From the NCBI GenBank assembly GCA_964016885.1, contig OZ024742.1:360406001-360470000 (forward strand): a stretch of DNA of 64,000 nt, in the 5' to 3' direction. Shown piece after piece: positions 45,256 to 62,571 of this stretch (its first letter is position 1; each line of letters opens with the position of its first letter). The position numbers and the translations under genes are program-made. The notes beneath the pieces are model-generated. The model ran no database searches. It saw only the letters and a list, made by a program, of their open reading frames with translations, and was not told the DNA's origin. The stretch comes from Eledone cirrhosa. Taxonomy: Eukaryota.

Positions 45256-45878
45256 ATAATATATAAGATCAAAAGATGGTTAAAAGAGTTCCATGTATTT
45301 TATTATGCGAGTCAGATTGAAAAACTAGATGTCTGATTTTGAGTTTGTCTCCTGATGAATCCTAACTCAGGACATTCCTATTATTTGGATTCTAAAAATA
45401 AGGAGGAAACCATGGTAGAGATAAAATTACGGTATGTGCGCATTTCTTCTAAGTTTAATTTTACACCTAATTGTGTATGGTTGATGGTATATTTAGTCAG
45501 TTTCTACATGCTGTCGAAATGTTGGATAAATACTCGATTGGGGCCGCCGCGAAGAGGCTACGTTCGGTTATTTGTCGGAGATTTCTCCATAAGAGCATTT
45601 ATTCTTATAGCTTGTTCTAATTGATTTTTTATATAGTTAATTATGCTAATTAGAAGAAGAAATAGTATATATTTTATTATCTGATGATTCTAATGACATG
45701 ATTTATGATATATTGCTCTGAATTTTTAATTTATTAATTCTTCATAGAGCTTAAAAGTGACCAGTTGCAACATGTATATATCTATAACTTTATGTATATG
45801 TTAACCTTTATATATATATATATATAATATATAAGATCAAAAGATGGTTAAAAGAGTTCCATGTATTTTATTATGCGC
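45256..45878 (+). mobile_element. Retrozyme-like element, ~568-bp monomer plus the start of a second unit
   Basis: ataatatataagatcaaaagatgg at 45256 and 45824; contains an HHR. Confidence 0.7.
45347..45422 (+). ncRNA. Type I hammerhead ribozyme
   Basis: GUCUC-CUGAUGA-A-UCCU..AGGA-G-GAAA-CCAUGG-UA-GAGAU; palindromic helix III ACCAUGGU. Confidence 0.75.
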
Positions 45879-46841
45879 ATTTCAAAAACAAATATCATCA
45901 TGCAATAATATTTGTGTTTTCGTCAATAGGAAGACATGATATGAAGGTTAAAAATCACTTGTGAATAGTGCAGTTTTGAATCAACATATGAAAAGTAGTT
46001 TTAGATTGATATGTGATATTGGGAAAAAAAAATTGTTGAGGGGGGAGGTTGGAAAGGATGAAAAAGAGGAGGAGATGAGAGTAAAAAGTGGAGGGGGGGG
46101 GGAGTATAATGAAGAAGTATGAGATAGGAGGAGAGATGGGTGATAGAGAGAGAGAGAGATAGCTTTTATAACTGAGAAAAATATATTGTTTTACATAGAG
46201 AGGTTGAAAAACCGTTGGAAGATAATGTATAAATTAAAAGAATTTGAAAATTAACGAAGAGAAAAATAATGTAAAGTTAAGGTTTGTATATTGAAGGGTT
46301 TAATAATATGTGCGATGAAAAGAAAATGTTAATATGTATTAAGAATAATATTTAAGGGTTTAATAATATGTGCGATGGAAAGAAAATGTTGATATGTATT
46401 ATTTAAAAAAACAAAAGTAATGTAAGTAAGGATATATTGTGAGATGAGCATGAATAAGTTAGATGAAAGGGAGAAAAAAATAATGAATTGAGGATGAATA
46501 ATCTAACGTCAAAAAAATGTGTTTATGTTTACGAAGGCTTTTTTCAAGGTGATATAAGGTAAGAATATATTGTATTGTGTAATAATTGTTTCTATGTTAG
46601 GCACAGGGAGAAAAGGTACAGATTAGGGGTTAGAAATTAAAAGAAAAAGAAAAGAAAAGGAAAAGGAAGAAAGGGAAGTGATAAATAGGAGTGATATAGA
46701 ATGAGTAACAAGTATTATATAATTATGATAAATAACTTTGAAATAAGGTAGAAAGATGGGTATATTTTTAAAGAAGTATATATATATATATGTGCCTTTG
46801 AGAAAAGGATTCTAAATTGATAAAGTATTGGATATTAGCTG

Positions 46842-47850
46842 ATGCGCCATGCGAACTGTTGCCTACGCACATACGTCGTGTATAAGATAGAATGTAACAA
46901 GTGCAACCAATACTATATAGGTAGCACAATCCGACCTTTGCACATCCGGATCAAGAAACACACTAAAACCAGGGCCTCGTCTTTCCGGAAACACATAGAC
47001 AAATGCGGAAACAAAGACGGAAGGCCCATTGTCACAATTCTAGCGACTGAAAGAAACGTCGGCACGTTACGTATCAAGGAAGCACTTTGGATCAAACGCC
47101 TAGAGCCACAAATAAACAATCGATCCGAGAGAAGCGAAATGAGGTGGTTGGTTTAAGTTAACAAACGATGGAGCAACACACGCACACACACACAAGCGAG
47201 ACAGCAACACACCCACACAAACACACACACAGTAGCATTCCACCATACGAACATACTACACTGCCAACACAGAGGAACAAGGCAACAACACACGCACACA
47301 CACACACTCAAGCGAGACAACAATACACGCACACACACACACACACACAGTAACATTCAACAAACAGGCAGAGAATGGACTGACAGCTAGCGCTACCCCA
47401 CTCCCACAATTGAAAGAACTACTTCGGCCGCTGACCTCTGCCCGACCGACCCTATTTCATGCGCACGCGCGTTCTGCTGAATACCTCAGATATTCAAAAC
47501 AACGAACAGCGGAGGACGCGTTTCGCACCTTTCCGACAGACAACCTTTCCCCCAACCCGGAAAAAAACCCCAGTTGATGGATGTGAATCCGAAATATATA
47601 GGGACAATTAAATCTCTCACAAGGTAACTTTCTCTCGTGTTGTTGTTTTTATTTTATCCTTTATGCTCTTTCCTTCATTCCTCTACACGTCTTATACACG
47701 CAACGCATCTCAACGTACACCCACTTACATCTCTCTCTCCACCGCCGGATCTTGTTACCCGGAGATTTACCCATTTGCATTGTCGACTTAAACGACTTAA
47801 AGAAATTTACCTTATTATTCCACAATGCTTCAAGCAAACTTCAATACTCT
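46842..47850 (+). mobile_element. 5'-truncated PLE: GIY-YIG fragment plus tail
   Basis: ORF 46842-47156 VVYKIECNKCNQYYIGSTIRPLHIRI..H..LRIKEALWI..PQIN. Degenerate HHR at 47568-47603 (CCC-CAGUUGA-U-GGAU-GUGA-AUCC-GAAA-UAUA-UA-GGG). Confidence 0.8.
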
Positions 47851-48526
<676 letters not shown>

Positions 48527-49016
48527 TCGATCGACTTTCGTCAAATCGGACCGAGAAAACAATGTTTCCGTTGGTCTTTCCAATTGCTAATACTATCTAT
48601 CGGTCGCAACTCCAGGTAGAAGGAGCAACGTGAAATAAAGTGTCTTGTTCAAGGACATAACGCATCGCCCGGTCTGTGAATCGAACTGACAACCTCACTT
48701 TATATCCATGTAGGAGAACCCCTACTGATGCGCTGAACGAGTGTGACTTTTTAGTCCAGCCAGTGACTTGAAAGCTCTGGTACAAACACTACACTTGTGA
48801 CAATCATTGACACATAGTGCTGGACCCATGGTACCATGTGATGACAAGTGCAGAGAGATCTCCAGATATAAAGCAATGCCTGTGCCGTGGAGCTTTTATA
48901 GTGAGCAAAGGCACTGCACAAAGCCAGTCCCACTCTCTTAACCAAGATGATATTTACCAAAAAGAAGAACAAGTCAACATCATTGGATACCATCAGAATA
49001 TATATGTATATATATG

Positions 49017-49196
<180 letters not shown>

Positions 49197-49214
49197 GAAA
49201 CTCTTAATGAGGAA

Positions 49215-49307
49215 TCCTCTTGATAAGTCGGCAAACCTCACAAAAATACTGTATCTCTGTGATGTAGTGTTTTTGCATAATCTGCCACGAAACTACGTAG
49301 TCGAGGA
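49215..49307 (+). ncRNA. Type I hammerhead ribozyme, U3-A8 core variant, long helix II
   Basis: UCCUC-UUGAUAA-GUCGGCA..CAAAAAUACUGUAUC-UCUGU-GAUGUAGUGUUUUUG..UGCCAC-GAAA-CUACGUAG-UC-GAGGA. Confidence 0.8.
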
Positions 49308-49381
49308 CTACTTAAGGAATTTGGGTATAGTATATCTTATTAATTATATCTAATGTTTTTTCTTTCTTTATTATGTATATA

Positions 49382-49462
<81 letters not shown>

Positions 49463-49511
49463 GTATATCTATCCATATATATATGTATATATATGTATAT
49501 ATATGTATATG

Positions 49512-49560
<49 letters not shown>

Positions 49561-49741
49561 AAGTATGACCCCGACGGCAGAGCTCAAGTCGTTTCGACGG
49601 CTATTTCCAGAAATAGCCGTCGAAACGGCTTGAGCTCTGCCGACGCGGTCATACTTTTTCCTATTTCCCACTCTACTACCCTAAGTATTGAGTACTCTGG
49701 TGCGTTATGGTCCATCTGGTTCCTTACGACAATTCTTTTGT

Positions 49742-49773
<32 letters not shown>

Positions 49774-49869
49774 TAAAAAAATAATGAATAAAACAATGAA
49801 ACAGTTCCTTATATTAAACAAAAAAAGTTCATTATTTAACGATCGTTTCTAGGATATATATGTGTATAT

Positions 49870-49944
<75 letters not shown>

Positions 49945-50473
49945 TATATATATACATATATATACACACATATATATAAGCAGAAGGGATATTTAAATTG
50001 TTGGTAATTCAACTATAAATGTTTATAACTGATTCAGAGCACTCGACAGTTCCTGGAGTAAACATTCATTGATATTAAATAAATAGAAACTATATTTATA
50101 AAACCATATTTATTCTATTATATATATTTTAAGGGTACCAAAATCTTTGGTAGGCTTTCATCAATCAGATAAAATACAAAGTGTGTTTTATAAATATTGA
50201 CATAGCCAAGGAACATACCTTATCAGTTGAATTTTCCTTGGATAGTGAATTTAAAGAACGGATTTTTCAAAATTGTTAGGATGAGTATGCAAATGAATAT
50301 GTAAATGAGGTTGAGGTATATGATTGAAAAACCATAATTTTAAACGGTATGGAAAATTTATATTAGTAGGAGAGAAAGAAGGGAAAGAAAAAGGAAAAAG
50401 AAAAAGAAGACCATATATCTACGTTATTAATTTGGGGGAAACAATTTGAATATTTACCTATATTATGTATATA

Positions 50474-50512
<39 letters not shown>

Positions 50513-50562
50513 GTATATATACATATGTGTGTGTGTATATATATATATATACACACACACAC

Positions 50563-50639
<77 letters not shown>

Positions 50640-50648
50640 TATATATAT

Positions 50649-50890
50649 ACTAGCAGATGTACCCGGCGTTGCTCGGGAAATGAATGACAGCCTGAATTGT
50701 TCGAGGTCGTTTATGGCTTAGATAGCAATTTCTGAGTGCATGTCAGCTTATGTCAGCTAATTGGCTAGCCAATGAGAGGTCGCCTCAATAGCACGTGCCA
50801 AATCGGCCTAGTACTTCAAAAGTTAAAAGGAGCCTAGTATTTGTACACAGACAGACACACAGACCGACTTGCTTTTATATATATAGAGAT
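50649..50890 (+). mobile_element. Non-autonomous Helitron/HINE-like element
   Basis: Terminus actagcagatgtacccggcgttgctcggga (stem-loop), internal (caga)n and opposite end ttttatatatatagagat; resembles Lep1-type architecture (from memory). Confidence 0.55.
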
Positions 50891-51373
50891 AATCATATAT
50901 CAGAGAGAGATGGGAGAGAGAGAGAGAATGGTGGGGGAGGGCATAGAGTCTAACTAGTCTAATATAGGGATGTTTTTAATGAATACAAACACGCGCCGGA
51001 GACCCTTGATAATTAGAAGTGTTAGTCTGCTTTCATATATTGACTCATCGGTATAAATACTGCAGAGACGGATGTTTATTCTACACAGTACTGGCAGAAA
51101 GTTGCAGAGATGCAGATAAATAATGGAAGGTTTATAAGGGTTTGGTGAGGCTGCAAATAGATTATATATATATATATATATAGGAAAAAGTATGACCCCG
51201 ACGGCAGAGCTCAAGCCGTTTCGACGGCTATCTTTGGAATAGAAATAGCCGTCGAAACGGCTTGAGCTCTGCCGACGCGGTCATACTTTTTCCTATTTCC
51301 CACTCTACTACCCCAAGTATTGAGTACTCTGGTGCGTTATGGTCCATCTGGTTCCTTACCACACCTCCTTCGT

Positions 51374-51405
<32 letters not shown>

Positions 51406-51445
51406 TATGTATCTACATTATATATGTATATATATACATATATAC

Positions 51446-51550
<105 letters not shown>

Positions 51551-51772
51551 GTTGAAAAGGTAACACACCAGAGAGAGAGATACAGTGCACTATCAATAAA
51601 ACAAGGAAAAAACCACCAGTGTATGGAATCTATAACCTATGAAAGGCAGACTATAGACACGATAATTAAATATATAAATTAAAGCGTAAATAAATACCTC
51701 TATAACTTTATATACATATATATGTACACACACACATACACACACACACACACCCACACACACACACACACC

Positions 51773-51839
<67 letters not shown>

Positions 51840-52447
51840 TGGAGGAGACAGGATGTGAGGTAGAAAGAGAAGATGACTGACTTGTCATCAAATGGGATTT
51901 TAATATTATTTGAACTTTTTACCTTTTATGTGTGGAGGTTACTAGCAAGAGGTCGACAGAACTGTGTTGCTTGTATTTATCTATTTGAATCAGCAACTAT
52001 ATTTGTCAGTAAATAAGAACAATGGACAGATGCAACGGAAGCTGGCGTCTTGATGTTTGGTACCTTATGGTAGACCAGAGGTTCTCAAACTTTTGGGGCC
52101 ACCGCCCCCACTCCCTCACGGCCTCATAATACCCTCAACGCCACCCACCCCTATTTCCAGAGAGACTTGCCTACACACAAATTTTAAATAATATATAAAA
52201 TAGATAAAATCGTTAATTTGTATATAATTGTTTCTACTTTTGGCACAAGGCCAACAATAACCCAGTGCATTACTGGTACTTTATTTTATCGACTACGTAA
52301 TGATAAAAGACAAAGTTAACGTCGGCGGGATTTGAACTCAGAATGGCAAGGGCCGTAACTCTATGCCTCAAAGCATGGCTTCCGACCCTCTACCGATACT
52401 GTCAATATAATATATACTATGTATAAATAAATATATATTTTTTATTT

Positions 52448-52604
<157 letters not shown>

Positions 52605-52876
52605 GCTACAAAAGAATTTAATCCACGTATTATGCCTATTATAACATAGTGTAGCAATAATGGACTGAAACTCTGATGAAACAATTGTTAATACGTGGAT
52701 TAAATTCTTTTTGTAACTGTTTACCTTCGTCCTATTTCTCTTCTTTGATTACACTCCTCGTTTGTTAGTGTTTCCACTACAGAATCCCTACCAACATGTC
52801 GAGTCACCTTAACGTATGTTGAGAACTTTCCTCACAACTTGTTCTACCAAGCTTTGGAATACTCCTAATAACTGAA

Positions 52877-52926
<50 letters not shown>

Positions 52927-54186
52927 CCATTCTCTCTGTTTCTCCTACTTTCTTTCGCCCCCTCTGTCATGTCAGTTAGCTCTTCCTCATACTTTCACTC
53001 ACTCACTGTTTCTCCTCTCTTCGCTTCATCCTGTACACGACGAAAGCTATATTTTTTCTCTCTTCTCACATGGCCCTCGTTCGTGTCAGGTCTTTTTTCT
53101 AAAGCGCTCATATATTCACCTAGCTTATGCTAAACAGAATAATTATGAAGCTTGTTTCATTCCCCTACGGTTAGCTATACTCTTTGTTGTTCTCCTGTCT
53201 CACTCGCTTTACGCGTTTTAATTGTCCTAATAACTTATTTTAGTTATTATTGCACCGACGTGAGGTATATGATTTGAAATGCAATGAAATATCTATGATC
53301 GTCGGCAAATCACTGATGAGGGACTCATTTTATTACATGTTATCCATGCGCTACCTGCAGTATTTTTCTCCATATTTTATTACATATATATATATATAAG
53401 TACCAGAGCAAAATTTAATGTATAATAAACAATACAATATAATTACTGCATTACCAGAGGTTTCCCGAATAAGACGAATACGAAAAACGTCCTCATTCGT
53501 TCGTCGGACAAGGCAATTTAAAACATAGTGAAATATTTGAAAAGTCGCCTCAAGAAATGCAAAAAAAATATAAATAAAAGTAATGCAAGAGATATATAAA
53601 AAAAATAAGGAAATATAGTTAGAGATGTGTATATGTATGTATATACACTCACAAATGTACATATATGTGTATGTACAAATGCATGTGTATGGTGAAAATG
53701 TGTGCGTAAGTACATGTATGAGGGCAAGTATATTTGTGTATATGTGACCACAAATACGTATATAATATGAGTTGAAAAAGAAATTGTAAGATAATATAGT
53801 TGACACGCATCCAGATACAGGTATTAAATACACATACGTGTATGAAAGCACGCGTATAAACACACACACACGCGCGGTCACTTATATGCGGAAGATAAAG
53901 AGGGAAGGGAGTGTAATAGTAAAAAGAAGTGTCATTCTCGATATATGTATAAAAATGAAACAATATATGAGAATGAAAATTTTTTTTTAAATCAAAGAGA
54001 AAGTAATCAATTAACACTAGAGAAAAGAAAACAAACATAGGTACGCACGTAGATACACATATATATATAAAAAATATTTATACACACAAATACGTACAGA
54101 CAAAAGCGCATGCATGTGTACATACATACACACGAGGAACGTATATATATATCGCCACATGTATATCTAATCACACGTACGTACGC

Positions 54187-54244
<58 letters not shown>

Positions 54245-54246
<2 letters not shown>

Positions 54247-55262
54247 ATCTATCTATCTAAGGCGGGTAAAATTCCCGAGATCCATGGACGAGTTCTCTCC
54301 AGCGGTCTCTGTCCCTCATTATCGCTGCCATGTCCTGCGTCTCCAACAGACCAGTGTCTGTCCTTAGGGCATCAACATATGTTAACCTTGGTCTTCCTCT
54401 TCCAGTGTGTCCATGTAGGGGCTCCCAAAGGAGCACTGAGTGCAATGTCAACTCTGGATGTCGGTGAGCATGTCCAGCCAACCTCAGTCTCCTCTGTGTC
54501 ACTTTTGAGCTGACTTTTGGGAGGCTCCCATACAGCTCTGAGTTTTTCATCCTCAGTGTATACTGATTAATGTTCAGAGCCATCCTCAGCATTCTCGTGT
54601 AGCACCCATCCACCATCTGAGTGAGTCTCTTGGTCAGTGTCCAAGTCTCAGACCCACACAGCAGCACAGACTCCACTACAGCAATGAAGAGGCGGATTTT
54701 CAGGTCTCTACGAAGGTCCGACTTCCACACCGATCTCAAGCTGTGGCACGCCGCCCAGGCCTTGCTCTTCCTCTCAACCACATCATCTTCCGTATTCCCA
54801 ATCTTTGCTCCCAAATACAGGAAGTCCTCAACCAATTCCAGCGGCTTCCCGCCTACATTAGTGATCCCCTCTGGCTTCTCAACATTCTCTACCAGATATT
54901 TTGTTTTAGTCTCATTCATTCTCAGCCCCACACTCATCGACACAGTCTCAACCTCCCGCATCAAATCCTCTGCCTCCTTCACTGTATTTGTCACCAAAAC
55001 TATGTCGTCGGCAAATTCAGCATCCGATACCTTTTTCGCCCCAACTCTCCTGCTCTGAGCCGGTGCTACAGTAAAGCCAGAGTCCTGGTGTTTCTCCAGT
55101 GCAAGGCGCATACAATAGTCCACTACGATGATAAAAAGGTAGGGAGCCAATGTATCTCCCTGGAGCACTCCAGCCAGTATCTCAAAGAACTCTGTCATCC
55201 CATCAGGTGTAATGACTTGGGCTTTGGTGTTGGTGTAGAGCAGTGATATCAGGTCCACTATC
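54245..55262 (-). mobile_element. 5'-truncated RTE-type LINE (RT domain to C-terminus)
   Basis: GVLQGDTLAPYLF, EFADDIVL, GLRMNETKT, FLYLG, SETW, RLRLAGH; (TAGA)n tail. Confidence 0.9.
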
Positions 55263-55849
55263 CTATACATACATATACACATACACACCCATACATACAT
55301 ATACATATACACACATATACATACACATACACATACATTCACCCGCATACACGCACACGTATAAATAAGTATGTAAAAAACATAGATATAAAAACACACA
55401 TACACACATATATATACGTACGCACGCACACATACGGAGGCGTTCGTATACATATACAGAACGTATACGCACATAAGCACACTCACACACATAGATACAG
55501 ATTATAAACCAGCCATAGGAATAAATGAGTACAGATATAAAATCGGCTGCGAAACAACAGAATATATCTGAGGTGGAAAACGCAAGTGACATGTAGTATC
55601 AGTCAAGTTTGCAATTTTCAACAGTTGAAAATTGCAAACTTGACTGTCACCACACATTATAAACCTGAAGATTGCGAAAGCATGAAAGTACTTGTTCAAT
55701 TAACACTTAACATTTAATATTCTATCATACTATTTCATTATAATACCATTATAAATTTTAAAGGATTGTAAATAAAACGAGTAAATCAGACAAATTTGGA
55801 ATTCCTCTTATTAATATAATCTCCTATACACAATCATACACACCCGTGT

Positions 55850-57650
<1,801 letters not shown>

Positions 57651-57654
<4 letters not shown>

Positions 57655-58352
57655 CAGAGGTTACCCCCCCCCCCCCCTCGTCCACACCGCTCTCACCCGC
57701 GCCCGTGCTGTCCACCGCTCCACCACCCTCACCCCACGCCACCGCACACCCACCCACCGTCTCCCCTTCCCCATCACCTACCACCCCTCCACCTTACCCA
57801 TCCACCGCACCATCCGCTGCCTCTTCCGACGCCTCCAGTCCGACCCCTCCACCTCCCACATCTTCCCAACCCCACCACTCCCCTCCTTCAAACGCGCACG
57901 CAATCTCCGCACCCTCCTCGTCCACAGCTCCCTACCCCCCAACCCACGCTCTGTCCCCCCCGGTTCCTTTCCCTGTTCTAGGCTCCGCTGCAACACCTGT
58001 CCCCACATCACCAACACCACCACCTTCCAGGGTCCCAACGGCCACTCTCTCTCTGTCCGGCATGCCTTCCGCTGCACCTCCTCCAACCTAGTCTACGGAT
58101 TATGTCGGACTGACGGGACGTCGCCTGGCGGACCGATTCACTGAGCACCTCCGGGATATTCGTCTCGGTCGTAGTTCCCCCATCGCCCGCCACTTTGGTG
58201 GCCCTGGACATTCCGCACGCCATCTCACAGTCTGTGGCCTACTCCAATGCCACGGAACACCGGCCAATCGCCTTGGAGTCGAACAAAGAACTATTTTCAT
58301 CTTACAGACCGACACTCCCCCCGGCCTGAACTCCCCACCCTCATTCCTTTAG
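57651..58352 (+). pseudogene. PLE thumb, Cys linker and GIY-YIG (Neptune-like); not in the ORF track
   Basis: Manual translation RGYP..ITYHP..FKRARNLRTLLV..CSRLRCNTC..CTSSNLVY / frameshift / YVGLTGRRLADRFTEH..RHF..R..EQ..IF.LQT..PPGLN. Confidence 0.85.
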
Positions 58353-59846
58353 CCTTCGACCGCCCCCCTCCTCCCACACTTATCCCCCACTAACACCACT
58401 AACACACCCCTCCTTTTCACCGACCACCCCACAACTAACAATACTAACACCTCCACTCCACCCCACCCCTCATCCGACCACCCTTCCCCAACTAACATAC
58501 TAACATCCCTCCCTTCTTCTCCTCCTCCCCCCTCCTTATCACACGCACACACCCACCGGCACATATATACACGCGCTCACACTATACACACACCCTACTA
58601 CCACCACTAACCCTCACCCCCACACCTCCATCCCACCACCCCGCAACTAACCTCACTAACACCCCCTGACCCCAAGCACACGAACACACGCATCCACTTA
58701 CACCACCCACCCCACACGCAACTAACATCACTAACACCCCCCAACCCCACGCACACGTACCCACACACCCTCGTACACCACCAACTCTACACACCCTACC
58801 ACCACTAACCCCCACCCACACCTGCATTCAACCCTTCCCCACCTCCCGTATACTAACACCCCTTCATCAAACTACACACACACCAGTACACCACACTCCC
58901 TCCATAGAACTACACACACCCTTCTCTCTCCACTCCACCCACACCCTCGCTCCACACTCACTCATCCCACTAACACCTCTACTAATACACACACACACAC
59001 TCTCCTCACTCCAACTTTCACACCTACCCATCCTCGCCCCTTTACCATTCCACCGACTGCTGCTATGCCCTCTGACCACCTCCCAGCACAAACAGACACA
59101 CAGCACTCCCACTGCTTGACCACTTCCTGTTGCGCACGCACCCCACATCTCTCCTCTTCCGACCATCTCTTCATGGAATAATCGTATGCTGAACTTGACC
59201 ACCACATAATCCACTAAAGACCATAGGATTTTACCAACTTTTCAACCATCCTCTTACGGAACCACCTATATAACTCACCCACACACACCCCCAAAAACAT
59301 TTTTTCTCCACACGCCACCTACACCCACAACACGCTTAAACCCCACACACACGTGCTTTCCACCACATATTTACACCCTCAGCCTCCGGATTCCTCTCCC
59401 CCCACCCCTCTATCCACACACGCACAGACACTTCGACCTAAACCCCCCCCCCCCCCCCCACACACACACACCTCTTCCTGAACATGCAACCCCGTTCTTC
59501 CCCCAACCCTTACTTTCACATCCACACACACACACGTACACCTACACACACACACCACCTTCAGCCCTCCCCGCTCGGACACCCGTCTCCCTCTCCCCAC
59601 TCCAACCGCCACCACCCCTACACACCCCACACCCTTCCACCACCTGTTTTACCCCCCTTTTTATTTCAGTTTATTTTGATCATGCTTTTATATTTAATTT
59701 TATTTCATTCCTTGTATTTTGATCATGCTTTATTTTTATTTTTATTTTTATTTTTATTTTTAATTTCATTCGCACCGTTTCCTTTCGCTATATGTCTCTC
59801 CACCACTCCCCCACACACCCTTTGAACTCTGTTTCCACACACTTCT

Positions 59847-59880
59847 CACCTGAGGAAGGGCTTATGCCCGAAACGTCGTT
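59847..59880 (+). ncRNA. Minimal hammerhead ribozyme (loopless ACGU helix III, dimer type)
   Basis: AC-CUGAGGA-A-GGGC-UUAU-GCCC-GAAA-CG-UC-GU. Identical core at 60770-60797(-). Confidence 0.75.
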
Positions 59881-60152
59881 CCCCACCACCACCCCACTCT
59901 CCAGAGCGTGAAATTAATAAACATTCGTTGTACTGCCTCTCTGTTTTGTTCCTGTTCAAATTTTTCCATTATATATATATATATATATATATATATTAAG
60001 TAAGAATATTTTCGAAACAGCGAGCGGATTTGAAATTATTATAAATGTAAGCTAACGCCGTATTTTGACTAAAGACATTAAAGAAATTATTTACCCTTTA
60101 TATGTATATATGTATATATGTATATATGTATATATATATATATATGTATATG

Positions 60153-60274
<122 letters not shown>

Positions 60275-60294
60275 TATATGTATATGTATATATG

Positions 60295-60387
<93 letters not shown>

Positions 60388-60623
60388 AGTTTTAATATAG
60401 ATGAGATTCTACAGGACTAGAACTGTTTCATTCTTTAGAAATGATCCTCCGTAATTCAAATAAATCAGAGCTATAACTATCGTTAAAATACCGTCACACG
60501 TAGAATATGTCTACAATCAACCAAACAACCGAAAAATTGCGATATGGAAGATTCGGGACACTCAGATAAATTATCAATAAATCAATAAATCAAATGAATA
60601 TATATATATACATATACATATAC

Positions 60624-60681
<58 letters not shown>

Positions 60682-61104
60682 GAAAATTTGAACAGGAACA
60701 AAACAGAGTGGTAGTACAACGAATGTTTATTAATTTCACGCTCTGGAGAGTGGGGTGGTGGTGGGGAACGACGTTTCGGGCATAAGCCCTTCCTCAGGTG
60801 AAAAGTGTGTGGGAAGAGAGTTCAAAGGGTGTGTAGGGGAGTGGTGGAGAGACATATAGCGAAAAGGGGTGGGAGGAAACGGTGCAAATGAAATTAAAAA
60901 TAAAAATAAAAATAAAGCATGATCAAAATAAAATGAAATGAAATAAAAATAAAAGCATGATCAAAATAAACTGAAATTAAAAAGGGGTAAAACAGGTGGT
61001 GGAAGGGTGTGTGGTGTGTAGGGGTGGTGGCGGGTGGAGTGTGGAGAGGGAGACGGGGTGTCCGAGCGGGGAGGGCTGAAGGTGGTGTGTGTGTGTAGGT
61101 GTAC

Positions 61105-61164
<60 letters not shown>

Positions 61165-61284
61165 TAAAGCAAGGGTTGGGGGAAGAACGGGGTTGCATGT
61201 TCAGGAAGAGGTGTGTGTGGGGTGGGGTGTAGGTCGGAGTGTGTGTGCGTGTGTGGATAGAGGGGTGGGGAGGGAGAGGAATCC

Positions 61285-61345
<61 letters not shown>

Positions 61346-61423
61346 TATATGAGCGGAACAAGTAAACATTAAACAATCTTTCAAATAAATTAAAATACGA
61401 TTTAAATATTTACCTCTTCTAGT

Positions 61424-61503
61424 GCCATGACCGACGGTTTCGCTTATCAAAAGATTGGAAATTCAGAGAATTTCCAATGGAAAGATATAGCTCTTCAGAT
61501 AGC
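61424..61503 (-). ncRNA. Type I hammerhead ribozyme with extended helix II
   Basis: Minus strand GCUAU-CUGAAGA-GCU..AUUGGAAAUUC-UCU-GAAUUUCCAAU..AGC-GAAA-CCG-U-CGG-UC-AUGGC. Confidence 0.85.
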
Positions 61504-61672
61504 TTTTCCAAATCTATTAGACATAAGTCCGTATAGATGTAGATATATCACCCTCTGCCCAGTGAATGAATCAAGCTGTTAAAATGACCCACACACTTAT
61601 TGGACCGTTAGAAAAAGCGTATATATATATACATATATACATATACATATACATATACACACACACACACAG

Positions 61673-61726
<54 letters not shown>

Positions 61727-61730
<4 letters not shown>

Positions 61731-62054
61731 CCTGAGCTCTTTAAAATACAATATGTTGAAAAGGTAACACACCAGAGAGAGATATACAGTGCACTATCAA
61801 TAAAACAAGGAAAAAACCACCAGTGTATGGAATCTATAACCTATGAAAGGCAGACTATAGACACGATAATTAAAAATATAAATTAAAGCGTAAATAAATT
61901 TATATTTTTAATTATCGTGTCTATAGTCTGCCTTTCATAGGTTATACATTCCATACACTGTTGGTTTTTTCCCTGTTTTATTGATAGCGCACTGTATATC
62001 TCTCTCTGGTGTGTTACCTTTTCAACATATTGTATTTTAAAGAGCTCAGGATTT
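61727..62054. mobile_element. Fold-back element (single arm also at 51547-51700)
   Basis: aaatcctgagctc...gagctcaggattt inverted arms centred at ~61890. Confidence 0.75.
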
Positions 62055-62571
62055 CTTCTCCTTTGAGCACATTATTTATAGGGAATGGCGAGGGCTTATG
62101 ACTCCGTTAATTTATCGTGGTATATATATATATATATATATTATATGTATCATTTGATATTTACTGTACTATTATATCATCTCTACCCCATCCTTGGCCC
62201 CAGAGACCCAGGACCTTCACAACGCCCCTGGGGTGATAGCGCCCACGTTTAGTACCTCAGGCTAGCACTACAATGTGCACCCCCTTCTCCCAGTTATACG
62301 CCCTATTCTACCAAATAAAATAATTTCAACTTTGCTAAGCTATCGAGTCTAGCTTTTGACAGTTCTTGTTCTGACCAGGGTAAGAATATTACATAGAACT
62401 GGAACACTCGTTGTCGGACTGATATCAGACATATATACAGTGTCGGATTTACTATTGTGCTTAGGTGTACTTAATCACAGGGCTCCGTTGGCCAGTAGCC
62501 CATCTTCCTGCCCCCCCCCCCCCCCCAAAAAAAAAATTTACGATGAATTATCTCCTTCAGGGCCAAAGTAA

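Larger units (their letters stand above)
57651..59970 (+). mobile_element. 5'-truncated PLE with a C/A-rich tail; a second, inverted tail copy lies at 60679-61283
   Basis: Starts and ends in (TA)n; 60679-61283 is the reverse complement of ~59387-59964. Confidence 0.85.

Noticed and set aside
52665-52700. Half hammerhead (GAAA-CAAUUG-UU); similar halves at ~49836-49852(-), ~10445-10462 and ~60408-60455(-)
   Set aside because: The 5' core is missing or deleted, so they are counted only as remnants.
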